Shown piece by piece: positions 45,531 to 58,379 of a DNA stretch of 64,000 nt (its first letter is position 1; the number at the start of each line of letters is the position of its first letter). The position numbers and the translations under genes were made by a program. The stretch covers positions 6,661 through 70,660 of the forward strand of contig JAFQEK010000045.1 of assembly GCA_017399025.1 (NCBI GenBank), written 5' to 3'. The DNA comes from Clostridia bacterium (lineage in GTDB: Bacteria > Bacillota > Clostridia > Oscillospirales > CAG-272). The notes beneath the pieces were generated by a model. That model saw nothing but the letters and a program-made list of their open reading frames with translations. It searched no databases and was not told the origin of the DNA.

Positions 45531-45635
45531 AAAAGCTGTCCTTTGATTATCCTGGTTCATTCTCCGTCATCCACGGAAAATGAACATTGTTCAATTGAGC
45601 AACATTCACTTTGTATAATGCTCAATTCTAAGATT

Positions 45636-47027
45636 TTATTTACAAATACGGAGGATTGCTTCTGCAAAAATTTTCGCATTGAGCACCAAGTGGTTCAAAG
45701 AAATATATTCGTCCGCACCATGAACATGATTGTCTTCTCCGATAAATTCAGCACCGAACGCAACACCGCCTTCGATATCATGAACATATGTCCCTCCGCC
45801 AATAGCAAGACAATATCCGGGATTACCCGTAAATTCGGTGTAAACTTCCAGAAGAGTCTGAATAAATTCACTGTTTTCATCCACATAGTGAGGTTCAACA
45901 CCCTTGTATTCAGCAAGAGTGATTCCCTCGCGATTCAATGTGCTTTCCAATTTATCGTGAACGGAAGCCACGCATTCGCAAATGGGGAAACGGATATCAA
46001 AGGAACCCTCCAATTCACCCTTCTCGTATCGGATCATGCTGAATACAAAAGTAAGAGCACCCGATTTTTCGTCCTGCGCGCAAATACCGACAGAAGTGCC
46101 GTCGCATTCCCCATAAACAAAGAGTTTGGAAAGTTTCGCAAACAAATCTGAACTTTCATCATCGGCAGGCAACGCACCAAGCACACGGCAAAGTGCAGTT
46201 ACGGCATTTTTGCCCATATAAGGAAGAGAAGCGTGAGCTGCTTTTCCGTTTACCGTCAATCTCGCAAAATCTCCGTCCGTATGAACTTCCATCGTGACAT
46301 CTGTGGGTAAAAATTTCTTTGCAGCTATGATTTCCGCAGAAGAAAAACCTTTAATCACAGCAACAGCCTTTTCGGGAACGGCGTTGACTGCAACACCGCC
46401 CTGTACGGAAACGATCGTTTTTTCACCATTTGCACAAACGGTCTTAGTAATTTTACCCGGCATACGTCCCTTTTCAAGATTGATAACCGGATAGCTCGCA
46501 TCAGGTGTAAACACATAAGGAGGGAGCACTTCTTTTTTACGATAATATACCAGATCGGAAGAGCCGCATTCTTCGTCTGTTCCGACAATCATGCGGACAT
46601 TTTTGGAAAGTTTACATCCGCATTCTTTCAAAGCACGGAGTGCAAACAACACGGCAACCGCAGGACCTTTATCATCGGAAGAGCCTCTTCCGTAAAGTTT
46701 TCCTCCGCTGAGTGTCAAAGCATAGGGGGGATATTTCCAACCGGTTCCTTCCGGAACAACGTCCAGGTGGCAGAGCACGCCGAGTTGGGTTTCCAAATTC
46801 GGATTCATATCGACTGTTCCGACATAGTTTTCATGATTGGTTACGGTAAACCCGCTTTCTTTTGCCAATTCCAACATTTTGGCAAGAACACGTGCATTTT
46901 CTTTTCCGTAAGGCATTCCTTCTTCAGGAGCAGCTTTTACACTGGGAATCTCCACAAGAGAAGAAAGACAGTTGATCATCTCGCTTACATGATCGTCTAT
47001 ATATTTATTGATTTTGGAAGGCATCAT
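45636..47027 (-). CDS. pepV: M20-family dipeptidase (PepV/Sapep-like)
   Basis: M20 motifs: HLDVVPEG, GRGSSDDKGP and GTDEECG. 463 aa. Confidence 0.8.
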   Translation of the reverse strand: MMPSKINKYIDDHVSEMINCLSSLVEIPSVKAAPEEGMPYGKENARVLAKMLELAKESGFTVTNHENYVGTVDMNPNLETQLGVLCHLDVVPEGTGWKYPPYALTLSGGKLYGRGSSDDKGPAVAVLFALRALKECGCKLSKNVRMIVGTDEECGSSDLVYYRKKEVLPPYVFTPDASYPVINLEKGRMPGKITKTVCANGEKTIVSVQGGVAVNAVPEKAVAVIKGFSSAEIIAAKKFLPTDVTMEVHTDGDFARLTVNGKAAHASLPYMGKNAVTALCRVLGALPADDESSDLFAKLSKLFVYGECDGTSVGICAQDEKSGALTFVFSMIRYEKGELEGSFDIRFPICECVASVHDKLESTLNREGITLAEYKGVEPHYVDENSEFIQTLLEVYTEFTGNPGYCLAIGGGTYVHDIEGGVAFGAEFIGEDNHVHGADEYISLNHLVLNAKIFAEAILRICK

Positions 47028-47253
47028 ATCGGATCATCATTCCTTTCAATCATTTTTGAATTTTATTTTATTGTGGCTTGTTCGATAACTAAAAATATCC
47101 CGTAATTGCCATTCCGAGCGAACGGCGCAAGTCTCTAAGAATCTTGCTTCGAATATGCATAAAATCCAAATAAGATCCTTCAATTACGCGCGAGCGCGCT
47201 CTACTCACGCAGGATGGCATGAAAAAATCTAATTATGGGGGGATCAAACAAGT

Positions 47254-47928
47254 CTATTCTTCATCTTCTTCATCGCAAAGCATTTCTCTTGCTTCACGGA
47301 TATCTTCATAAGAAAAGCCATAACGCAAAAGCGAAGCGATTGCTTTTTTTCTTTTTTCCGATGTCTCAAAAATTTTGATTCCGCCCATGGAGCGGATACG
47401 TTTGAGACAAATTTCGGAAAAATCAATTTCATTGCTATCCAAAGCCAAGCGAATCACATCCTCAGGAAATCCCTTATGAAAAAGTTCGCGGCGGATGCGT
47501 TGCTTTCCGTACGCTTTTTTCTTTGCTAAATTTTCGGCAAACAAAGCTGCATCATCTTCTTCTCTGATATATCCTTTTTCAAGAAGATAAAAAACCGCTG
47601 CTTCCGCAATGTCGGCAGAATAGCCTCGCTTTTTCAATTTTTCCAATAAAGCCTTTGCCGTGTTTTTTGCATAACCAAGCAAATCCAAACCTTTTCTGAT
47701 CGCGGAATACAATTTCATGGAACGGAGAATTTCCTCACATTTCTCCCTGTCAACCCCAATCGGTTTTTGCAGAATAGCAGGCAATTCCAGCGACGAAAGC
47801 ATGGAAGCGGAAACCTTGCCTTTGATATATTGCGTTTCATTTCCGTTTGAAATTTCAAGCGAAATTTCCGCTTCTTCTCCGTTTCCGAGCGCAAGAATTT
47901 TATATATGGAAATGCGCATTGCCGTCAA
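47254..47928 (-). CDS. recX: recombination regulator RecX
   Basis: Repeated three-helix RecX units ([27 protein letters not shown]..., [16 protein letters not shown]). Immediately downstream of recA. The TTG at 47928 overlaps the recA stop, and an alternative ATG lies at 47919. Confidence 0.75.
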   Translation of the reverse strand: MTAMRISIYKILALGNGEEAEISLEISNGNETQYIKGKVSASMLSSLELPAILQKPIGVDREKCEEILRSMKLYSAIRKGLDLLGYAKNTAKALLEKLKKRGYSADIAEAAVFYLLEKGYIREEDDAALFAENLAKKKAYGKQRIRRELFHKGFPEDVIRLALDSNEIDFSEICLKRIRSMGGIKIFETSEKRKKAIASLLRYGFSYEDIREAREMLCDEEDEE

Positions 47929-49064
47929 TCGTCATTTTCAATATCAAGTAAACGAATATCGAAATCATCGGAATCTTCATCGCCGCTTCCGTCATCATCC
48001 TCATCCAGAGAATAGGTATCATCACTGGTAAGATCAATATCTTTTCCGCGCAATTTGATTTTTTCTTCCAATTCCAGCATCAAAGCCTGATTTTCAGCAA
48101 TGGCTTTTTTCGTATTTTCCTTACCCTGCGCAACCTTTTCTCCGTTATAAGAGAACCAGGAACCGCTCTTCTGGATAATACCAAGTTCAATTGCCACATC
48201 AATGATCTCGCCCGCCTTGGAAATGCCCTTACCGTAAATGATATCAAATTCAGCAACACGGAAAGGAGGGGCCACTTTGTTTTTAACGACCTTGCATTTG
48301 ACGCGATTTCCGAAAACCTCGTCGCCCTGTTTAAGATTTTCAACCTTGCGAACGTCAATACGAACGGACGCGTAAAACTTCAGTGCGCGTCCGCCCGTTG
48401 TGGTTTCGGGATTTCCGTACATAACGCCAACCTTTTCGCGAAGCTGGTTAATGAAAATAACCACGCAATTGGTTTTGGAAATGGAACCGGAAAGTTTGCG
48501 GAGCGCCTGACTCATCAATCTTGCCTGCAAACCGACATGGCTGGAACCCATATCGCCGTCAATTTCCTGCTGGGGAACCAAAGCTGCAACGGAGTCCACG
48601 ACAACAACATCCACAGCACCGGAGCGAACGAGAGCATCCGTGATTTCGAGAGCCTGTTCACCGCTGTCGGGCTGAGAAACAAGCAAATTATCAATGTTTA
48701 CACCGAGTGCTTTTGCATAGATGGGATCCAGCGCATGTTCCGCGTCAATAAAAGCCGCTTCCCCGCCGAGCTTCTGTACTTCTGCTGCAATATGAAGGGC
48801 AACCGTGGTTTTACCGGAAGATTCCGGTCCGAAAATTTCAACAATTCTTCCCTTCGGAACACCACCGATGCCAAGCGCAAGGTCGAGAGTCAGTGAACCT
48901 GTCGGAATTGCTTCCACGCTCATGTGCGCATTTTCGCCGAGTTTCATAATGGTTCCCTTACCAAAATCCTTTTCGATCTGGGAAAGCGCGGTTGCAAGCG
49001 CTTTTTTCTTATCCTCCGCAGAAACAGGGTATACCACGGCATTCTTCTTTTTCTTTTCTGCCAT
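47925..49064 (-). CDS. recA: recombinase RecA
   Basis: Walker [10 protein letters not shown], the L1/L2 regions and an acidic C-terminal tail. 379 aa. Confidence 0.95.
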   Translation of the reverse strand: MAEKKKKNAVVYPVSAEDKKKALATALSQIEKDFGKGTIMKLGENAHMSVEAIPTGSLTLDLALGIGGVPKGRIVEIFGPESSGKTTVALHIAAEVQKLGGEAAFIDAEHALDPIYAKALGVNIDNLLVSQPDSGEQALEITDALVRSGAVDVVVVDSVAALVPQQEIDGDMGSSHVGLQARLMSQALRKLSGSISKTNCVVIFINQLREKVGVMYGNPETTTGGRALKFYASVRIDVRKVENLKQGDEVFGNRVKCKVVKNKVAPPFRVAEFDIIYGKGISKAGEIIDVAIELGIIQKSGSWFSYNGEKVAQGKENTKKAIAENQALMLELEEKIKLRGKDIDLTSDDTYSLDEDDDGSGDEDSDDFDIRLLDIENDD

Positions 49065-49170
49065 TTTGTTAAAAATCCTTTCTTCAAGAAAATATACGTT
49101 CAGGGAAATTTTCCCTGTATTTCATCGGAATGATCAGGGCTTGCTTTTTACAAGCCCGATCAAAACTCCT

Positions 49171-51699
49171 TTAAAGTTCATCTTCATCCGCAATAGGAAA
49201 GCTGATTTCAGTCGCTTCCATCACTTCGTTTTTTTCAATGGAGGCTTCAATCTCCGCAGCCTCTTCCTCATCGGATTTCGTTGCCGCAAAGCTAATAATA
49301 CGGTTTTCTTCATTCAAGCGCATGATAATAACCCCGGTTGTATTATTACCCTCATAAACGGGAATACCGTTGACCGGTGTACGGATAATGGTACCATCCT
49401 CCGTGATAATCATAATATCATCATTTTCTCCAACTGTGGCAATACCTGCAAGATCACCTGTTTTTTCGGTCAGTTTCTGACAAATTACACCGGAAGTACC
49501 TCTGCTGTGCGCAGTATAGGAATCAAAGCGGTTTCTCTTACCGAAACCGTTTTCCGTCAAAGTAATCAGATGTTTATTCTCGTCCACGATGGCAACACCG
49601 ACAACGAAATCACCTTCACGAAGCTTGATTCCGCGGACACCTCTTGCCGCACGTCCCATAACGCGGGCATCCGTCTCCTTGAAACGGACAGCCTTACCGT
49701 CTTTGGTTGCAATCACGATATCGTTTTCGCCGGTGGTATGTTTTACGAAAACAAGTTCGTCGCCTTCGTCCAGATTGATGGCAATTTTGCCGCCTTTTCT
49801 CTGGTATTCGAAATCCTTGACGTTCGCACGTTTGACAACGCCGTTTTTGGTTACCATAACAAAATATTCATTTTCGTCAAAGCCTGCAACGGAAATGACG
49901 GATGTAACCTTTTCGCCTTCCTGCATATCAATTACGTTCACGATATTCGTACCCTTTGCAGTACGGGATGCTTCGGGAATCATATAGGCTTTTTTCATAT
50001 AAACGCGCCCCTTATCCGTAAAGAGAAGGAGATAACTGTGGGAATGGACGATAATAACATCTTTTACGTAATCTTCTTCTTTTGTGGACATACCGATAAT
50101 ACCTTTACCGCCTCTCTTCTGTGCAGTATAAGTTGCGGCGGGTGCACGTTTGATATATCCCGCGCCGGACATAGTGATCACACATTCATGACGGTCAATC
50201 AAGTCTTCGTCAATGATATTATCAATCGCATCTGCAAGCACTGTACGTCTGACATCGGAAAATTTTTCTTTGATTTCCAGAAGTTCTTTTTCGATAATTT
50301 CCTTGACTTTGGATTCATCGGCAAGAATAGCTTCCAATTCCGCAATCAAAGCAAGCTTGCTTGCCAATTCTTCCTCGATTTTCAATCGTTCCAGACCTGC
50401 CAGACTGCCGAGTGTCATATCAACGATGGCTTGCGCCTGAATCTGGGAAAGTCCGAAACGTTCCACGAGAGCTTCTCTCGCATCCTGCTTGGAAGCACTT
50501 TTACGGATTGTATCAATAATTTCGTCAATCGAATCCAACGCCAGCTTCAAACCTTCAAGGATATGCACACGTGCGCGTGTTTTTTCCAGATCGAATACGG
50601 TTCTGCGGCGGATAACCTCTTCCTGGTGCGCAATATAATGTGTAAGGATTTCACGCAGACCGAGAACCTTTGGTTCTCCGTTGACAAGCGCGATCATATT
50701 GACAGCGCATGTATCCTGCAGCTGTGTATATTTATAAAGCTGATTCAGGATAACCTGTCCGTTCGCATCCCTCTTATATTCGATAACGATCTTCATGCCC
50801 GCCTTACCGGATTCATCACGCAAAGCGGTAATTCCTTCTACACGCTTATCTTTTACGAGGTCTGCGATAGATTCCACGAGCATGCTCTTATTGACCTGAT
50901 ACGGAATTTCCGTTACAACGATACGGCGTTTTTTCTCATCGACCTCTGCTTTTGCACGGACGATGATTCTGCCCCTTCCCGTCTGGTACGCCTGATAGAT
51001 ACCGGTAGTACCGCAAATCAGGGCGGAAGTCGGGAAATCGGGACCTTTGATAAAAGTCATCAGATCGGCAACCGTCGCATCCGGATGTTTCATATAATAA
51101 ATTGTGCCGTCAATCACTTCTCCAAGATTATGGGGAGGGATATTGGTTGCCATACCGACGGCGATACCGACAGAACCATTGACAAGCAGATTCGGGAATC
51201 TGGAAGGAAGCACCTGAGGTTCCTGTCTGCTGTTATCAAAGTTCGGTGAAAAATCGACGACATTCTTTTCGATATCCGTCATCATTTCATTGGCAAGCTT
51301 GGAGAGTCTCGCTTCCGTATAACGGTAAGCGGCAGCACCGTCGCCGTCCACATTACCGAAGTTACCGTGTCCCTCAACCAATGTATATCTCATATTGAAC
51401 GGCTGTGCAAGACGGACCATTGCATCGTATACCGAAGCATCCCCATGCGGATGGTAACGTCCGAGCACGTTACCGACCGTGGTTGCCGATTTACAGAACG
51501 GTCTGTCATATGTCAGCTTTTCCTGGTACATGGAATATAAAATTCTGCGGTGTACCGGTTTGAGACCGTCGCGTACGTCGGGAAGTGCGCGGGATACGAT
51601 AACGCTCATCGCATATTCAATAAACGATTTCTGTACGCGTTTTCCCATTTCCACGTCGACAATCTTCTGATTTTCGTAAGCTATATCTCTGTTTTCCAT
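49171..51699 (-). CDS. gyrA: DNA gyrase subunit A
   Basis: [19 protein letters not shown], the active-site region and C-terminal beta-pinwheel repeats. 842 aa. Confidence 0.95.
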   Translation of the reverse strand: MENRDIAYENQKIVDVEMGKRVQKSFIEYAMSVIVSRALPDVRDGLKPVHRRILYSMYQEKLTYDRPFCKSATTVGNVLGRYHPHGDASVYDAMVRLAQPFNMRYTLVEGHGNFGNVDGDGAAAYRYTEARLSKLANEMMTDIEKNVVDFSPNFDNSRQEPQVLPSRFPNLLVNGSVGIAVGMATNIPPHNLGEVIDGTIYYMKHPDATVADLMTFIKGPDFPTSALICGTTGIYQAYQTGRGRIIVRAKAEVDEKKRRIVVTEIPYQVNKSMLVESIADLVKDKRVEGITALRDESGKAGMKIVIEYKRDANGQVILNQLYKYTQLQDTCAVNMIALVNGEPKVLGLREILTHYIAHQEEVIRRRTVFDLEKTRARVHILEGLKLALDSIDEIIDTIRKSASKQDAREALVERFGLSQIQAQAIVDMTLGSLAGLERLKIEEELASKLALIAELEAILADESKVKEIIEKELLEIKEKFSDVRRTVLADAIDNIIDEDLIDRHECVITMSGAGYIKRAPAATYTAQKRGGKGIIGMSTKEEDYVKDVIIVHSHSYLLLFTDKGRVYMKKAYMIPEASRTAKGTNIVNVIDMQEGEKVTSVISVAGFDENEYFVMVTKNGVVKRANVKDFEYQRKGGKIAINLDEGDELVFVKHTTGENDIVIATKDGKAVRFKETDARVMGRAARGVRGIKLREGDFVVGVAIVDENKHLITLTENGFGKRNRFDSYTAHSRGTSGVICQKLTEKTGDLAGIATVGENDDIMIITEDGTIIRTPVNGIPVYEGNNTTGVIIMRLNEENRIISFAATKSDEEEAAEIEASIEKNEVMEATEISFPIADEDEL

Positions 51700-51745
51700 G
51701 TAATTAAACCTTTCTCCGCTTTTCTTTTCGAAAAGAAAAGCTTGG

Positions 51746-51773
51746 CAAAAGAAACGGTCTGTTTCTTTATTTT
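51746..51773. repeat. copy 1 of a 28-nt exact direct repeat (CAAAAGAAACGGTCTGTTTCTTTATTTT)
   Basis: Identical to 51849-51876. Contains the hairpin AAAGAAAC-GGTCT-GTTTCTTT. Confidence 0.9.
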
Positions 51774-51848
51774 TTCGTTTGGGAACTTCACACGTCTCCG
51801 AAGCTATTCCCTTGCCTTCCTTTGCTTTTACGAAAAAGAAAAGCCTCT

Positions 51849-51876
51849 CAAAAGAAACGGTCTGTTTCTTTATTTT
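51849..51876. repeat. copy 2 of the 28-nt exact direct repeat
   Basis: Identical to 51746-51773. Both copies lie in the gyrB-gyrA spacer. Confidence 0.9.
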
Positions 51877-51878
51877 AA

Positions 51879-53852
<1,974 letters not shown>

Positions 53853-53880
53853 TTATTTTCTGCTTTTATCCGATCACTCT

Positions 53881-54153
53881 CTATTTCAAGGGATCGTCCG
53901 CTCTCTGACACAGAGTTTTCACGGAAAGCTGTGAAAAATAAACCATGTTTTTATTTTGGGAAGAACATCCGCTTTCAGCAGTCAAAACGAATGCTTTGGG
54001 AAGCTCGTAACTGATATTGACGGTTTCCCCTCTTTTTTCGCATCCCGAAAGATACTGTTTTGTGATTTTTGATATCGTTGCGGTATCCGTATCAAAGATA
54101 CCGACGATATCCGAAATTTTTATATTTTTATTATTTCCTGCATGGAGATACAT
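53881..54153 (-). CDS. remB: DUF370 protein (RemB/YaaB-like)
   Basis: MYLHAGNN...DIVGIFD parallels B. subtilis YaaB/RemB (MYIHLG...DIVGIFD). Canonical position upstream of gyrB. Confidence 0.8.
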   Translation of the reverse strand: MYLHAGNNKNIKISDIVGIFDTDTATISKITKQYLSGCEKRGETVNISYELPKAFVLTAESGCSSQNKNMVYFSQLSVKTLCQRADDPLK

Positions 54154-54165
54154 AAAAACCTCTTT

Positions 54166-54534
54166 TTATAACAACAATATTGCTATGGATAACATGTTGA
54201 GCGCAAGAAAGCAAAGATCGGAAACGCAAAGTATTTTCATTGTCTTTCCGATTTTGGGATTTTCATGCAATCGCAGAGAATGAGCCAGAAATGCTGCCAA
54301 CGCACCCAAAGAAAGAATGCCGCACGCGAGAATCCCAATCAACAACTTTAAAAGGACTCCGAATACAGTTCCGAAAATGACGGAAAATATCTCATTTTCA
54401 GCCGGTGTCGCACTGTTTCCTGAAAAAACGGCTTCTGCCGCCATGGCAACTGTGAAAACGGAGCCGATCAAAAAGAATACGGAGAACACGCAAGCCAATA
54501 TGAATCTCAATTTTTCTTTTCTGTTTGCGAACAT
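54166..54534 (-). CDS. hypothetical multi-pass membrane protein (122 aa)
   Basis: About four hydrophobic helices. Tightly packed (4 nt after the upstream stop, 12 nt before remB). Confidence 0.55.
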   Translation of the reverse strand: MFANRKEKLRFILACVFSVFFLIGSVFTVAMAAEAVFSGNSATPAENEIFSVIFGTVFGVLLKLLIGILACGILSLGALAAFLAHSLRLHENPKIGKTMKILCVSDLCFLALNMLSIAILLL

Positions 54535-54538
54535 AAAC

Positions 54539-55471
54539 TCAGCCCTCGAAAATGCCGTAGGTTTCCATCATATATTTACCAATATTGTAAAGCAATGCAT
54601 TGTATTGTTTTGCAAGATCGAGCGGCAGCTTTTCGAGAGTACGGACAATTTCCCCCTTGTATTCAAAGGAATAACGGACGGTCTTAACGGGAACGTTTAC
54701 TTCGAAATTGAAGGTTCCTTCATAACCGATATCAATCAATCCCTGAATCAGAGCGTCATAATTGACGCTGTCGTAAAGAGACATATAGGGCAGTCCGTGC
54801 ATATCAATTCTGTGATGTCTGTGAGATTTTTCAAAATAGCCGGCATTGCTATGGATATGAAGGGCTTTCAGCTTCTCTCCGAGCGCAACCACAGAGCTGT
54901 ACTGCTCACAATCTTTTTTCCAATAGAGATTTGCGTGACCGACATCCCAGCAAGCGCCGAACATCGGATGGTCCAGACAATCGATCATTTCTCTGAGCTC
55001 TGCGCCGTTTTTCAGATAATAGTCCTGTTCATAATGTCCGATATTTTCAAGCAGAACACAAACACCGGTTTCTTCCATGTAAGGAATCAGTGAACGGTAA
55101 AAATCTCTGTTTGCCGCTTGGAATTCTTCCTTGGATGCTCCCTTGACTTCGCCCGAATGAATGATAACCTGCGGGATGCCCGCAACTTTACAAAATTCAA
55201 GAGAACGGCGTAAAACGGTCAGCCAATCCACCTCGGGATCAAAGGGATTCACGATAGGCGCATGCGCCTGCGGTGCCGTCATACCAAGCTCGGCGAGATT
55301 TTCACGAAGTCTTTTGGCATGGAGCTGTTCGTCATCCCGGATATATTCCTGTTTGATTTCATAATCCACGCAGGTAAAACCGCAATCGCGGAAAAATGCA
55401 AGAACGTCTCTCTGTTCCTTGTCCGTATCAAAATAATGATTCAAGGCGATGGGGGCTATGGAAAGCTTCAT
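54539..55471 (-). CDS. sugar phosphate isomerase/epimerase (xylose-isomerase-like TIM barrel)
   Basis: Motifs QAHAP, IIHSG, LLEN, CWDVGHAN and LHIHSN. ATG at 55471 follows AAAGGA. The longer ORF-track start overlaps recF. Confidence 0.75.
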   Translation of the reverse strand: MKLSIAPIALNHYFDTDKEQRDVLAFFRDCGFTCVDYEIKQEYIRDDEQLHAKRLRENLAELGMTAPQAHAPIVNPFDPEVDWLTVLRRSLEFCKVAGIPQVIIHSGEVKGASKEEFQAANRDFYRSLIPYMEETGVCVLLENIGHYEQDYYLKNGAELREMIDCLDHPMFGACWDVGHANLYWKKDCEQYSSVVALGEKLKALHIHSNAGYFEKSHRHHRIDMHGLPYMSLYDSVNYDALIQGLIDIGYEGTFNFEVNVPVKTVRYSFEYKGEIVRTLEKLPLDLAKQYNALLYNIGKYMMETYGIFEG

Positions 55472-55490
55472 AGTATATACCAATCCTTTC

Positions 55491-56609
55491 TTACTGATAA
55501 GAATACGTGCCGTTTTCCACGTATATTTTTTTTGCGTTTGAAATTCCTTTGAAATCGTTTTCATCGCAGGTTGTGATGATGACCTGCCTGCCGTGCAACT
55601 CGGAAAGAACGTAGTTTTTTCGTTCCCTGTCCAATTCAGAAAGCACGTCATCCAATAAAAACACGGGATATTCGCCGCTTTCTTCTCTGGAAAGCTCACC
55701 TTCGGCCAGTTTCATAGCAAGTGCAATACTTCTCTGCTGTCCTTGGGATGCGAAAATCTTCGCATTCATACCGTTCAATTTGATTTCGATATCATCTTTA
55801 TGGGAACCGCTGAGCGTAGTGCCGAGAATCATTTCCTTTTGCAAATTCTTTTGGAAAAGTTCCCTATATTTTTCAGCATTGCGGTTCCGGTCCAGCAAAA
55901 TTCCGTGTTCTTTTCCGGCGATGTGGGAAAGATAGCAGAAATCCACGGGTTCTCTTCCGCCCGTCATATCGAAAAGATACTGATTGACAAGTCTAAACAA
56001 TCTCTCCGCATATTGCGCGCGCACCTGCGTGATGTAAGCCGCATCGGATGCGAGCTTTTCGGAGATCACCTCTTCCGTCAGGAAAAAGGTTTCTCCGTGT
56101 TTTTCATGATTTTTCAGCAATGCGTTTCTTTGTTCCAGAAGCTTCTTGTATTCCATCAAAGCCGCAAGATACGGACGGTTGAACTGCGAAATCGCGCCGT
56201 CAAGAAAGCCTCTGCGTTCCGCCGGTTCGCTTTTTACAATGGAAAGATGTTCGGGACAAAAGAGCACTGCTTTGAAATTTCCGATAAAATCAGACATTTT
56301 CGTGATTTTAATTCCGTTTTTGAAGTTTTCCTTCGGCATATCGCGGAAAATACGGTAACTCATTTTATTTTCTCTGACGGAATCCCGATAGGAAATACTG
56401 ATCTGCGCACCGATCCGATCGTTTTTTATTAGATCTTTTTCTCTCGCGTGACGAAAACTCTTGCCGTTTCCAAACAAATAAATGCCTTCGATCACATTGG
56501 TTTTTCCCTGCGCATTTTTTCCGTAAAGAATATTGATTTCTTTGTCAAAGGAAAACGGGAAAAATTCGATATTTCTGTAATTTTCAAATACAGCGCAATC
56601 CAAATACAT
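55491..56609 (-). CDS. recF: DNA replication/repair protein RecF
   Basis: From the ATG at 56609 the N-terminus is MYLDCAVFENYRN, followed by Walker A GKNAQGKTN and the signature region. The start is 4 nt after the dnaN stop. Confidence 0.9.
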   Translation of the reverse strand: MYLDCAVFENYRNIEFFPFSFDKEINILYGKNAQGKTNVIEGIYLFGNGKSFRHAREKDLIKNDRIGAQISISYRDSVRENKMSYRIFRDMPKENFKNGIKITKMSDFIGNFKAVLFCPEHLSIVKSEPAERRGFLDGAISQFNRPYLAALMEYKKLLEQRNALLKNHEKHGETFFLTEEVISEKLASDAAYITQVRAQYAERLFRLVNQYLFDMTGGREPVDFCYLSHIAGKEHGILLDRNRNAEKYRELFQKNLQKEMILGTTLSGSHKDDIEIKLNGMNAKIFASQGQQRSIALAMKLAEGELSREESGEYPVFLLDDVLSELDRERKNYVLSELHGRQVIITTCDENDFKGISNAKKIYVENGTYSYQ

Positions 56610-56613
56610 AACT

Positions 56614-57792
56614 TTAATCTCTGAGTTTGACGGGAAGCGCAAGATAGAGGAATTTAGAATCGCTTTCTTCCGTATTCGCGCCTTCGATCACCATGATCAT
56701 ATAGGAGGATGTCAGGGAAAGCTTCAACTGACCTTCATCTGTCGCACGGAGAATTTCAATCAGATATTTACAGGGGAAACCGATTTCAAGGTCGTTACCC
56801 GTCTTTTCAATATTAATCTCGTCAAAGAAGTTTCCGGAAACAGAAAGTGCACTGACACCGAGGGTCTGATCCTTGAAGCTGAAACGGACAACGCTTTTCG
56901 CCTGTCCCACAACGCGTTCTTCCGTAACGATGGAAGCGCGTTCCAGAGAATCTTCCAAAGCATCCCTTTCAATTTCAACGAAAGTTTTGCTTTCCTTGGG
57001 AATGAATCTTCTGTATTCAATGTAAGGAACATCGATCAAACGGGAGAACAGAATGGCTTCTTTATCCTGAGAGCCGCATTTCATACCGAAATAGAAGAGT
57101 GCGTGTTTTCTGGTCAGAGAGAATTGGATGGGTTCATCCTTATCTTCCAAAAGTCTGGAAAGTTCTGCCACTGTTTTAACGGGAATGATAAAGCTGATTT
57201 CCGTTTCGCCGCTTTTGGTTGTGATATTGGTTTCAATCTTATTTTCACGGATTGCCACGCGATAGCTGTCGCATCCGACAACGGTTACGGTATTTTCCGT
57301 GATTTCAAAATAAAGTCCCATGAGAGCAGGACGTGTTTCGTCCTGAGAAACAGCAAAAATAGTTTGGCTGATCAGTTTTTTCAACAGTTTCTGCGGCAGG
57401 AAAAATTTACGGTCAGGATTCAATTCCGGCATTTGAGGAAAAGTATCTCCGGAAATGTAATGGATTTGGAATTTGGAACGACCGCTGGAAACAACCGCCA
57501 TACCGCTTTCTTCTTCAGGATTGGTTTCAATGGTAACGTTTCCCGGCATGTATTTGACAATGCTTGAAAGCTTGTTACCGTTCATAACAATGACACCGCC
57601 CGATTCCACCTCGGCACTGATCATAATCTTAATGCCCTTTTCCAGATCGTACGCGCAAAGCTGACATTGGGATTCTCCGATCGTGGTAATCAGAATGCCT
57701 TCGATGGAGTTGATGGTTTTTTCTGTTGAAACACAGCCGAGAGATTTTGTGATGGCGAGAAGAAGTTCTTCTTTTTTGAAGGTTACTTTCAT
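56614..57792 (-). CDS. dnaN: DNA polymerase III beta sliding clamp
   Basis: MKVTFKKEELLLAI... from the ATG at 57792 (AAAGGA RBS), 392 aa with three-domain clamp-like features. The ORF-track N-terminal extension runs through the DnaA-box array. Confidence 0.9.
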   Translation of the reverse strand: MKVTFKKEELLLAITKSLGCVSTEKTINSIEGILITTIGESQCQLCAYDLEKGIKIMISAEVESGGVIVMNGNKLSSIVKYMPGNVTIETNPEEESGMAVVSSGRSKFQIHYISGDTFPQMPELNPDRKFFLPQKLLKKLISQTIFAVSQDETRPALMGLYFEITENTVTVVGCDSYRVAIRENKIETNITTKSGETEISFIIPVKTVAELSRLLEDKDEPIQFSLTRKHALFYFGMKCGSQDKEAILFSRLIDVPYIEYRRFIPKESKTFVEIERDALEDSLERASIVTEERVVGQAKSVVRFSFKDQTLGVSALSVSGNFFDEINIEKTGNDLEIGFPCKYLIEILRATDEGQLKLSLTSSYMIMVIEGANTEESDSKFLYLALPVKLRD

Positions 57793-58379
57793 AAAAAGGT
57801 GTCCTTTCTTTTTATCGTGTATCAAATATTTTTTGAAAACCGCATCCGCAAGGGATGCTCTTTCCACAGCCCGGAAAAAGCAAAGATTTTCTTTTTCGCG
57901 CTGTAAGAGAAAAAAGATTAACTGTTTTTTAGATGTAATGGTTTTAGTCTGTGTGGAAATGTTGGAAAAGTGAAAAAAGCTTGATGCCGCCTGGATTTTC
58001 GAGGACGGGAAGGACTGTTTTTCAGGGGGAAAGAAAAGCGGAAAACTTTTTAGAATTTGTGGAAAAAACGAACTCCGTTTTTCTTTGTGGAAATTCTTGA
58101 AAAGATGCCCTGTGGAAAAGGAAAAAATGTGATAAAAAATGTGGAAAGATAAAGAATTGTACAAAACGTCTTTTTTATCCGCGGTTCCGTGAAAAAATGA
58201 AATGTGCGAAAACAGCCATTTTTTGTAAAAAGTGTGGGAAACATCCCATTTTTTCAACAGAGAAAAGTCTTCGTGCCGTCAAGGCTTTTCCATGTTTTCC
58301 ACTTGCTTTTCCACACATTGTGGAAAAGCTGAACTGTGCATAACCGTAAAAAACATCTTTCTATTTTCGCGCACACACC
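57793..58379. other. oriC part 1: dnaA-dnaN spacer with a DnaA-box array
   Basis: Perfect TGTGGAAAA/TTTTCCACA at 58058, 58111, 58307 and 58319. TGTGGAAAT at 57952 and 58086. One-mismatch boxes at 57860, 58140, 58203, 58233, 58286 and 58295. Confidence 0.85.

Noticed and set aside
47028-47253. GC-rich patches and short complementary segments (CGTAATTG / CAATTACG) between pepV and recX as a possible structured RNA (SRP, 6S, tRNA remnant)
   Set aside because: I found no match to the conserved SRP motifs or to a tRNA cloverleaf. The pairings are short and not nested consistently.
54539-55699. Longer 386-aa version of the TIM-barrel ORF
   Set aside because: The extension overlaps the 3' end of recF. 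The ATG at 55471 has an AAAGGA RBS and gives a normal-length family member.
57793-58257. 155-codon N-terminal extension of the dnaN ORF (ORF track 56614..58257)
   Set aside because: The extension runs through the DnaA-box array. A clamp-like N-terminus (MKVTFKKEELL) with an AAAGGA RBS begins at 57792.
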